A DNA stretch of 59,427 nucleotides, filler included, from Nemertoderma westbladi (taxonomy: Eukaryota > Animalia > Xenacoelomorpha): assembly GCA_032718475.1 (NCBI GenBank). It is 3 parts of 3 records of this genome, joined end to end, with 100 filler letters (N's around TTAATTAATTAA, not from the genome) between each part and the next. Parts side by side here need not be neighbours in the genome. Positions count along the whole stretch, not along the records: positions 43,288 to 59,427 come from JAUCBJ010003536.1; 2 more parts are not named here. One strand, 5' to 3'. Within the stretch, counting starts at the first letter, position 1. The number at the start of each line of letters is the position of its first letter. The notes below the pieces were generated by a model. It was not told where the DNA came from, did no database searches, and saw only the letters and a program-made list of their open reading frames with translations. The position numbers and the translations under genes are program-made. Shown piece by piece: positions 49,001 to 59,427 of the stretch.

Positions 49001-52000
49001 TGTGAATGTGCCATCCAGAATTTTGGTGTCCTCAGCAGTTAGAGCCCAGCATGGACTCCCGTAGAGGAGTACTGGAACTACTGCTGCTCTAAATAATCAG
49101 ACCTTAAGTTTCCGATTAATTCTAGATGACTTCCAAATCCTGGAAAGCCTATTCAAGGCTGCCCATGCCTTTCCCTTACGTATTCGAAGGTCCTCACCTG
49201 ACTTCCGGATCCATGATCCTAGGTAACAGAAGTCGTCCACATGCTCAAGCATACCATCCTTTGAGCTTATGCTCATCCAATCAGAGACTTGTTGAGGACT
49301 TTCAAAGTTAACTGTCAGAATTTTGGTCTTTCTGGAGTTAATAAAAAGACCAACACTAGAAGCAGCATGTTCTAATGAGCTGAGGAGCCGTTGGGGTCCC
49401 TCTAATGATTCTGAGAGTACTCCTAATTCATCAGCAAAGTCTAGATCAGTTAGGTACTTGGCAGGATTTCCTCGATTTCTGGAGCCAGTAGGTGGAGTTA
49501 TCATCACCCCATCATCATTATGATGATCTAAGGACATTCGTAGAACATAGTCAACCACAATAATGAACAAGAATGGTGCAAGTATGTCTCCTTGTAGGAC
49601 GCCCCATAACACTTCAAATGGTTCTGTGTCACCGTCAACAGTAGACACAAATGTTGTCGAACCATCGTATACTGATCTGATTGCTGCAATAATTTCATCA
49701 GGAATCCCATATAATGAAAGTATGCTGAACATACGTGACCGAGAGACTGAATCAAAGGCCTTGAAGAAGTCAACAAAGATAACAGCCAGATGCCTGTCTT
49801 TCTTTTTTGATAATTCTTCAATTATCCTTCTAAGTGCCAAAATGGGCTCCATGGTCCCACGACCTTTACGGAACCCATTCTGAATTCCACGGAGCTGTCT
49901 CTCAATGGGATCCCTGATGCGATTTAATAGAATCCTATTGTATAGCTTTGCAGCAATCAAGATCAATGAGATTCCCCGAAAAGAACCATAGAGTGTTCGG
50001 TTGCCCTTCTTGGGAACTGGCACCAACTTATTTGTTTTCATTTCTTGTGGGACTCTTGTTGTTCGGTACATGTCTACTATGATGGGATAGATGAGCTTTA
50101 AACACTCAGGTATTTTAAAGACCTCAGGGGGAACACCATCTACTCCACTGGCACGATTGGTCTTAATGCTCTTTGCAGCAGCCTTCACTTCTGCAAAGGA
50201 GATATCGCCAATGGGAATATCTGGGAGTACAGACTCAGACACTTTTACTTCTATAAGGTAATGACTACTCGTTATATAAAGGAGGAGGGTCTGCCTTTTA
50301 GGCGAAGAGAACCCAGCTTTATTAATAACCGATCTCTAGCTGTCAAGAGAATCGAACAACTGCATTGGCGCTTATCATCTAAAGATCGAGCCAAAGAGAT
50401 GTATAAGACGCAACTAAAGAAATTTATCGATAAAGGATATGCGGAGCAAGTTCCGGAGGAAACACCCATAATGGAAAGAACGTATTACTTGACACATCAT
50501 TGCTTTCCTAAGCCCGGTAAACCAAACGAAGTCCGAGTAGTATTCGACGGCTCCGCCCTTTATAAGGGACAATCCCTAAATGCGGAACTGTTGCCAGGAC
50601 CCAACTTACTCCAATCTTTATGGGGAATATTATTACGACTCCGGCAATATTCTATCGCCTTCGCCTCCGACATTGAATGCATGTTTCTACAAGTTAAAGC
50701 GTTACCTAGGGATCGAGATAGCCTACGATTTCTGTAGTGGCCTGAAGGAAACCTCAACCGAGAACCGGTGGAGTACTGGATGACCATCCAGGCTTTAGGG
50801 ATCATATCTAGCCCCTCGAACGCTTGTTCGGTAGTGCGCACCACTGCCGACGATAATAGAGACGCCTTCTCTAAAGCGGTTATCGACAATATCAAACGGG
50901 ATATTTATATGGATGACAACCTAAAGTCCCTCCCATCGGTGGAAGAAGCAATCAATGTTGCCGAGGCAACGGTAGAGTGCTTACAACGAGGTGGATTTCG
51001 CCTAACCAAATTCACTAGTAACTCCCGTGAGTTCCTGGAATCGATCCCAGTGGAAGACAGAGGTGTTAAAGATATTGACCTCATTAAGGACGATCTCCAC
51101 GAAACTAAAACCCTTGGACTGAAATGGGACACGGAGAGAGACATTTTATTTTTCAAACTGAAACAGCGCGAAAACCCCGTTCGAACTAAACGGATTTGCC
51201 TGAGTATTCTGAGCACTTATTTCGACCCATTGGGATTCATTAGTCCTGTAATCCTAGTTGCTCGGAGCCTGGTGCAACAAATGTGGCTTGAAAACCACTC
51301 TTGGGATCTCTTGGGATCCCGTTCTCTCCATGTTTTTGGAGACGGCAGCGATATCGGAATAAGTATAGTAGCCTACCTTAGTGTTGAAACTCCCGATGGA
51401 ATTAAAGTTTCATTAGCCGCCTCCAAAGCCCTAATAAACAACAAACTGCGAGTTCCTCGAGCGGAGTTGAAAGAGGCACTATATGCTACAGCCATCAGTC
51501 AGAATGTAACGGAACAGATCGATTATCCACTAGAGAAAACTGTTTATTGGACTAATGCATTACTCATTCTGGAATATATCACTAATGAAGCCTGTCAGTT
51601 CAGCATCTTTGTTAACAACCGAGCAGCTATTATACATATGTTGCACTAATATAGATCAATGGAGACATTGCCCCGGGACGATTAACCCAGCCGACATCAC
51701 CTCCAGAGGAGAAACTCCTCAAGAACTGACGGACTCCCCAGATTGGTTAGGCAGCCCCGACTTCCTAAGTAAAGAAGAGGAGGAATGGCCCCCTCATCTC
51801 ACCACGGCGGTGATCAGACATGTTATCCAAGGAGCGGAAAAGGTCAAACTAAAAACCTGGACGAGTAAATCCAAGCTGTTTAAGCCAGCGATTGATCTGT
51901 CTGTGCTACACACCAATGGATGGTGACGCCACTGTGGATCCTAATCAACCAAAATCATTACTCGAACCCCAAATAAATCCGTTATTGAAATAAGGGAAAG

Positions 52001-54143
52001 AGATTGGAAATCTGGAACACCAGACGTCTCAAAGGGACTCTCTCCTCTCATCGAGAGAGTGATGGCTCATTATAGCTCCGGGAATCGGCTTTGCAAAGCC
52101 ATTGTGTATTTAAAGCGATGTTTCCATCATCACTATTCCAGGACCAAGATTGCTAATGACACCACTTCAGGAGTAGCTGAAAGGGTCCATGCTACCAAAG
52201 ACCTTCCCACTTATCGGCTATCTAATAAGTTTCTAACTGATAAGATCAGTTACCAAGAACATGAGGATACCAACAAGCAGATACTGAGACTCCTGCAATG
52301 TTATGAGAATTCCGAAAAGTATTTCCTGTTGTTAAGAAATCCACAGATGCGCTTATGGGATTCTTTTTCTAGCACAATGATAGATGGGCTAATACGTGTC
52401 GGAGGGAGATTAACCAATGCTCCATTGTCCTTTGACACTAAGTTTCCCATACTAATTAGAAATCTTGAAATACAAATCAAGATGATTGTAGATGTTCACA
52501 GTAAGCTTTACCATACTGGTAGAGTTCTAGCGAAATTCGAACTCGCTATTATTTCCATAAGCCCCATAGAGCGCTAAACCAGGTTCTTAGGAACTGTATG
52601 TATACCATGTAGGAAAGCATTTAGTAGGCCTTTAACACAGCAAGAGGCAGAATTACCTAGGGAAAGAGTAAGCTGTTATGAACCACCCTTTACCAATACC
52701 GGTGTGGATTTATTTGGCCCTATTGAAGTGCATCGCGCTAGGACTATAGTCATGCGATGGTGCGTCATCTTTGTTTGTATAACTTGTAGAGCGATCCATC
52801 TTGATATGGTGAACGATCTATCTACCAACAGCTTCATACTGAGTTTACGCCGACAAATCGCTCATTTTGGGATTAGCAACACTATGAGATCAGACAAAGG
52901 TACTAATTTCATTGCAGCTAACAATGAAATTAAAACTTACGTAAACGATTGCAACCAAAGACAGGTGGACGATCAACTGAGAGTAACAGCATCTAGCTGG
53001 ACCTTCAACCCCTCCGACGTCCCTTGGTGGGGAGGAAGTTGGGAGAGACTCATATGTAGCGTGAAGACCGCATTTCACTTTGTAGTGCCGTGCCGCGCGT
53101 ATCTCACCGACAAACTTTTGCGGACGTTAATGGAGGAAATAGCCGCCTATCTCAATGAGAGACAGCTTATGCCAGTCTCATCGAGTCCAGACTCCCTAGA
53201 AGCGCCCACACCCACACATTTCCTACTAAAGAAACCTGTAGCCATGCTCCCACAGTCGGAAATGACGGATGGAGACAAATACTGACGACAAACTTGGCAA
53301 CTTTTGTAGTTATTATCCCATCGTTTCGCTGACCATTTCGATAAATATTTTCTTCCTACGCTACAGCTTCGAACAAAGTGGTTTGTGCAGCAAGAAAATG
53401 TCAGCGCCGGAGACATGGTCCTCATTGTGGAATCAGATCTTCCCCGTAAGAGGTGGCAGACAGGTCGTATCATCGAGACTCATATATCCGATGATGGTTT
53501 AGTGAGATCGGTGGAACTCGTAGTCATGCGACGTAACTATAAGAAACCTGGAATTGTTTTTGAAACTCAGCAACTTAATCGCCCGGTTGGTCGTTTATGT
53601 TTGTTAGAAAGAGACCGAGAGTTGTCCGGCAACTATGGAAAACAAGAGACTCTCCCTATGACCACCTCTCTAATCCAACAAACATCGCGGGACTCCACAA
53701 TGTAACAGCGATTGGAATGGGTGTGTGACTCTATTGTTTTATTTGTTTTATTTTATATTTATGTACGCATTATTATGTAATTTATATTATTAGGATAGTT
53801 TTATTTAATTTTATTTAGTAGAATAATATTTTAGACGATTATTCACTAGATTAGTGCAATATATTTCGTATTTTATTACTTAATTACTTAGTATAATATA
53901 TTTCGTTAATGGTGAGAAATAATTTCATTTTCTCTTTCCTTACTGTCCGTATTCTATTATAAATACGTGACTACAGTAAGATGAAATGTCAGTACTTATT
54001 AAAGTACAATCTATACCGCTCCTGCTATACTTAGGTATTATTGGTAAAGTAGAGTATTAGGAGTGCAGAGTTCAGATCCTCATGTCTCGGCTAAACCAAG
54101 CTCTGGGTAGACCTTGGAAACGACTTGCCTCTCCTCACTGACA
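46070..54143 (+). mobile_element. Decayed BEL/Pao LTR retrotransposon (gag-RT-RNaseH-integrase-3'LTR)
   Basis: Gag with (AAAEVDRKA)n coiled coil and KFNGDEMKW; RT YLTHH..VRVVFDGSA..SLN..LLPGPNL..DIECMFLQV..YMDD; KTLGLKWD, FDPLG, PRAEL, WRHCPGTINPADITSRG; integrase GVDLFGP..RAIHLD..SDKGTNF..PWWGGSWERL; multiple stops and frameshifts. 3' LTR ~53724-54143 (TGT..ACA, TATAAATA, ATTAAA); its end is approximate. Confidence 0.92.
48611..50245 (-). mobile_element. 5'-truncated RTE-clade LINE inserted antisense in the BEL element
   Basis: ASGVDGVPPE, PVPKKG, FRGISL, QNGFRKGR, FVDFFKAFDSV, GVLQGDILAPFLF, DLDFADE, FCYLGS, RLRFAGHC..R; premature stop at 49097; (TAG/TAGTA)-like tail at ~48611-48629. Confidence 0.93.
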
Positions 54144-54234
54144 TTGCTTCTTGCAACATTGCTCTCGTACTGTATTTTAAATAATATATGTAGTAGAAAG
54201 ATGTCCAGGCCATTTAACAGTAGCGCTGTCAAAG

Positions 54235-54650
54235 TAAATCTGTTAAAATCTTTGACCCATAAATCTGTTAAACCCTTTGACCATCTGAATTTCTACTCGA
54301 TTAAGATATCGCGGCATCCACTGATATACTTGAAAGACAAAATTCTAGAATCACTGGTCAACGTCCCCAGACATGTTCTGGAATAAATTTGTGCCCATCC
54401 TAATATTAACAATTTGTTAAATATTCACAACATTGTTATGACAAAATCTTGATATAAAAAATCTGTTAAACTCTTAGATCATCTGAAATTCTACTCGGGA
54501 AAAATCTGTTAAACCCTTAGATCCTCTAAAATTTTAGTCGATTAAGATATCATAGTACTCTCCGATACACTTAAAAGACAAAATTTGTGGAATCCAGGGT
54601 TAGCGTCCCCAGACATGTTCTGGAATAAAACTGTGTCTATTCTAATATTA
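54235..54650. repeat. Two ~240-bp tandem units with internal AAATCTGTTAAA sub-repeats
   Basis: GATTAAGATATC...AAAGACAAAATT...GTCCCCAGACATGTTCTGGAATAAA at ~54300-54388 and ~54540-54629. Confidence 0.8.
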
Positions 54651-55451
54651 AATAATAAAATTCGCGGGAATAAATTTAAACTCATATCCTCTTATGAATT
54701 AAATAAATTGTCATTTTATACAATTTATAAACATTCCAGAAATTCTGTCAAGTAATAGATCATGGGAGCGGAGATTCACCCTATTAAGTGTAGCAGTGTG
54801 AGAGAATCTCCAGTGTACAGACAATAGCCGACAAAATTAATAAAAATCATATACAAGGGGAATATTAATAACCCAAGAGTCACTATTAAATAGAATCCCA
54901 GATCTGCATGTATGAGAAATACCCTAATTCTACCACTAGCTTTGCATAATGTCACCATAGTAACAACTACGCTAGAATTAGAAGTGAGTTAAAAGAACAA
55001 TAGAAAGCTTACCCCATTGAATAGCGTGCGCAATAAATAGCATCTTAATAGTATCCAAGGATACATAATAATAACGTGGCATTCTGGAAGGCATCTGACT
55101 AACGGACAAATGGCCCTAATTTGTACAAATTGTGGCAGGAATGTGGAATTTGTATATTTATAGGTGAATGTTACTACTAAAGTGCATTTACAGTAGTGAG
55201 CCGCAATTGTGAAAGTTATCCTACATCTGTAACAAGAACCTCAAGTATATTAGAGCCCTTGGGACGGACAGTAGAGTGACTCACGCTGATTATTGTTGTC
55301 ATTGTGTGGCTACTACGTTGGCGAGGGGCAGAGTGACAGCAGAACATCAGTGCTGAGGATCTCAGGGCTGTCTGGGGGCAGAGGGGGATTAAAAGGTGGC
55401 GACGCCCGCTAGCCTTATTCGTTGTAATCTCAATAAACTCATATAGCAACT

Positions 55452-57531
55452 ATGACTGAGTTGATAGAAGATGATCTTGGTATCAGGGAGCGATATACTC
55501 TACCGCTACAAGCGTTTGTTGATAGTTTGATAAGCGGCAACATGAATCAACACATGATGGAAGACGATGGCCGTTATATCGAGCCGCCAATGTCCGAGGA
55601 ACAGCTAAAGCGTGAATTAGACTATAGAAAATTCATAGCTCGCTATACGCATCATAATGGTACGTATATGGACTTCTTAACTACTGGTCATCCTATCGAT
55701 TTACACGATACTGACGATGTAGATACCGAAAGAGAGATGATTTTATTTAAATATCATGCCCAGCGGAGTCGGAACAATAAACTGAGAATTGAACATGAAA
55801 ATTATATTCGAAACCGAATCAAAAGAGAAGATGTTGAAGAACCGGACAAGCGTAGTGACTTTTACGAATACTTAGAGTTCCTGAGAGAAACTTATCTCAA
55901 TGTAGCTAGTCAACAAAATCTAGAAACTCGATATCCACAAGGTATACATCCTAATCCCATGATGGAACTTAAACGACTGTACTTTACTATGATGTATCTT
56001 ACCGCCGATCGATCACTACCTGTTGTACCAGATAGCTTCGAACAGATGGAAGAATATTGTAAAGCTGGAGAAAGATCGCCAGCGTTTCCCTTACAAGACG
56101 TGCATCTTTGGTACTACTGCGATGAATGCCCTAGAACCTATCAACAAACGGAAAGGCATAAACACCCGCAGAGACGTTGCGCTAAACACAGATTTACTCG
56201 CCGTACTTGAGCGAAACTTGTTCGACGTACCACCTACACTCGCTCGACTCAAATGATCCTTAAGTAAACCTATGATCAGAGTTCCGGAATACTCGGTCAG
56301 ACCTCCTCATTCCCCGGTGCAACCCCAGACTAAGTAGCCTAATAGTACGACTGATCCTCCTGAGTTGTACACATTGTTCAAAGATCTGGTGTTACCCGAA
56401 CAATTAGTCGGTGGCACTCCGGTTTTTGGCTCTTTAGATATTTGCCCATCCTACCTAGCCGTATTGGGATGCCGACATCTAATATCTCCGTTCAACCCGT
56501 ATGATCATCCCGGTTTGACTCCGATACAACCTGTCACCGAGGTAGAGGTATGTGTTATACGGAATGCACTGGACACGATTTGGCAAAAGATCGGAAAAGG
56601 TACCTACGATTGTTTAGACAAATGTAAATTGCAACAACAAGTCCAAGCTGTAAAAGAATTAGTTTTACCCCAGTTCGATCGTGAAATCAAGAATCTGGAG
56701 GAAGATATTGAACTTGGACGTACATATTCGCTACAAGAGTTCTTAGACGAATGCTTTCAAAGACAAGCGGAGGAGAATCAGCTCGAGGAGAAACATATCG
56801 AAATGGACGAGAGAGAAGAAGCAGCTTTAGCCCAACCTGAAGCTCAAATACTTATGACTGATCTCTATTCCAAAACCATCATTCATCCTTCGATGGTTCC
56901 TCAATTCGGAGATAAACTCTTTGCAACCTCTACCGGTTGATATCAACTTAAGATCTTATCGCTGACGCTCCTATGTTACAACATCCGCCGATCGAAGCTG
57001 CTCGTGTCGATGGTATACTCGTTGAACCTCCGGAAAATCGAGCGGATCTTGTCCGTCGTATGGTACACGAGGTTAACATACGCACTAGAACTTTACAGAA
57101 CTCATTTTACGGGATCAAAGATCACCCCTACTATGTCCATTTAACTTAATATTATATGGTGAAACCCGAAGATTCTACACATAGTTTAAAGTTTCTACCG
57201 TTGATAAATCCCCTCGATCTTGTTGAACTCGAACTACTACAAAAAACATTTAGATCAATTAGTTAAAGTAAACTCATTTAGAAAACCTTATAATGACTCA
57301 AGAACAGAAAATGACGTAATACCTCAATATAATCTCGATGGATTTATTAAAACTCGACTAGTCCATTGGAATTTATATGTATTGTTTGAGGAAGAAAGCG
57401 CGCAAACGATATTAAAAAAAATAGGGCCCAAATTATAATTTCACGCTTCAAACTCGCTTCGCGGGAACTCGTCTAGCTCGAAAAATACATAAGGTCTGGG
57501 AGACTTATTTAAACAGTCTTATAGAGCGTAA
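55452..57531 (+). pseudogene. Decayed intronless gene of unknown function (~690 ancestral codons)
   Basis: ORFs 55452-56210, 56023-56256, 56365-56940 and 57220-57438, plus intervening frames, can be chained by a few frameshifts and in-frame stops; protein-like composition; CxxC (YCDECP); no family recognised. Confidence 0.6.
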
Positions 57532-57950
57532 AATTATCTATCTTTCAACGGTAGTTACAGCGCCATAGCTATTATATAACTGAAGCGGCAGACGATCGTG
57601 TGAAATATACTACTTATAAAAAAGGGACGAAAATTTTTTTTTTTAATAAATTGCCATTACATTATAATTTAACTTTTTGCGCCAAAAGTTCCTGTAAAAT
57701 GTAGCAAATTAACTCCACTATCTTTTTTCTTAACATTTATAATTAAAATAACGAGTTTTAAGGGTCGAAAAATATCGCGTAATTTTGGCCCTTTTTTTTC
57801 ATTTTTTTTTTTGGGGCCAAAAATACCCCCTCTCAAAAGATAGAAAAAAAAATTACGGCAAAGAATATACCAATTTTATTGAATTTGGAGCACCAGAACC
57901 GAAATTTAGTCAAAAATTAAAAATATTTATTTTTTGCAAAAAATTAAGAA

Positions 57951-58023
57951 TGGTCATATTGGGTTTCGAACCCACGAACTTAAGTATCGTTAACGTGATT
58001 GATTACCACTAGACTACGTGACC
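57951..58023 (-). pseudogene. tRNA-like relic (73 nt)
   Basis: GGTCACG-TAGTCTAGTGG (A box)...GTGGGTTCGAAACCCA (T arm/B box)-ATATGACC-A; acceptor stem mostly pairs, D and anticodon arms do not. Confidence 0.55.
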
Positions 58024-59427
58024 AAGAGAATTTGAAATTTTCGAGTGATTATTTTTAAACATCAATAACTTCTGTTCTACTGGGCCGTATCTGAAACTTT
58101 TTTCATTGGATAGAGGATAGATTGTAGTGTGTGAAATAGGATACAACTTGGGAAAAGACAAATGTGCACTTAGTGCATAATGCACTTAAAAAGTACACAT
58201 TTTTTCGATATTTCAAACACTATTATTTCCAGTTCTATTCATCGTAGAATGTTATTTTTTGGATTAAAATGTAGTTTGGAGTGATTTCTAACTATAATCG
58301 TAACATTATGATTATCGTAACATTTTTATGTATATAAAGTGACTTAAAATGCCCATGAATATGGTCCAAAATCGCAAATGTCGCGATTTATTAAATTGGA
58401 TTTTTTACACTTTTAGTGACTGACACCATCGTAGATCGGTAGAGGATAAACATAAGTTTGTTAAATAAGAATCACCATTACGATCTGCTGAAGTGCACTC
58501 TTGTACAAATAAGTGTGCAAAAGTGCAAATTTTTTAATAAGGTCAAATTATATAGTATTGGATTCTTTTCTTTGCAGATACTTTATTTTCATATTAATAT
58601 GTTGTTTGGCTCATACTGAGCGCATTAGGGATATGTGTACAAATAAGCGGCCCTTATTAAGGCTTCGATTGGGTTAATAAATAAAACATAAGGTTGTAAT
58701 ATTCTAAAAAACCAGTGTGATATTAAATGCAACAATAGATAGAGATCAAATAACAAATGGACTACACAATTAAAAACTCGCACAATTTTGTACTTATTAT
58801 ATCGCTTCAAATTAATTTAACAGTGGATATTTGGGGGAAGGGGGAAGTTACAGTGTGCATTCGGGGGAAGTTTGGTGAACTGCATTTATGCAGTGAATCC
58901 AAACTTCCCCCTTTTAGATATCGTATACTTAAGACATGCTCGGTTGTCAGGGAAATAATTGTTACTGTCTCACTTTGCTTCCATTTATCCTATCCTTTAT
59001 TATTACCCCAGTCAGATAAGAGATAATAATCAGTAAAAACCAAACTAAACTGTCTTTCATGCAAACAAATTTCTAATTAAAGACGGGTGAATGACCATGA
59101 CCATGGAAATAATTTTAAATATAATCGTATATCAACTCTTTGGGGAGGCTTCCAAACCCAAAAACAATTATTTCGTTACATATAATATACTGTAGTAAAT
59201 AACGTTGTATGTTCTTCTTCCTCTCATAATAAAATATATATGAAATATCTCTGATCGCTGTGCCCTGAACATTTCACAACCAAAATGTTTCAGTGTGAAA
59301 AGTGTAGGCCTACCACACCCCGCCCAAACAGTCGCAAACGCATAGCCAACAAATTTATCAAAAGTTTACATACATGTTGTGTTCATGACGAGATGAGTGA
59401 AAATTGATCGCGTAATATAAACTAAAA

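Overview
Animal (metazoan) nuclear DNA, AT-rich and repeat-dense; the species cannot be fixed from the sequence. The window is three separate contigs joined by artificial 100-nt linkers (N44-TTAATTAATTAA-N44 at 24006-24105 and 43188-43287), so adjacency across them is not evidence. Contig 1 (1-24005) holds the intron-free 5' 596 codons of XRN1 (-), a single-exon COP9 signalosome subunit 7 gene (+) and many non-autonomous DNA transposons with readable TIRs and TSDs. One of these is a 5.2-kb TIR element carrying about 150 copies of a 27-bp Pro/Thr/Ser-coding repeat; the contig ends in a decayed triple zinc-knuckle ORF. Contig 2 (24106-43187) holds a non-autonomous Helitron with a ~146-bp tandem array, and head-to-head TBC1D30 (-) and ARMC9 (+) with RFX X-box motifs between them, plus SINEs and MITEs. 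Contig 3 (43288-59427) is a retroelement nest: a decayed BEL/Pao element is interrupted by an RTE LINE and by an antisense LTR element whose own LTR contains a CR1-group LINE; a ~2-kb decayed orphan gene follows. The most notable candidates are an apparently tRNA-independent (Tf1-type self-priming) primer site on the antisense LTR element, the mucin-like cargo transposon, the Helitron array with CTCF-like motifs at nucleosome spacing, and two orphan ORFs.
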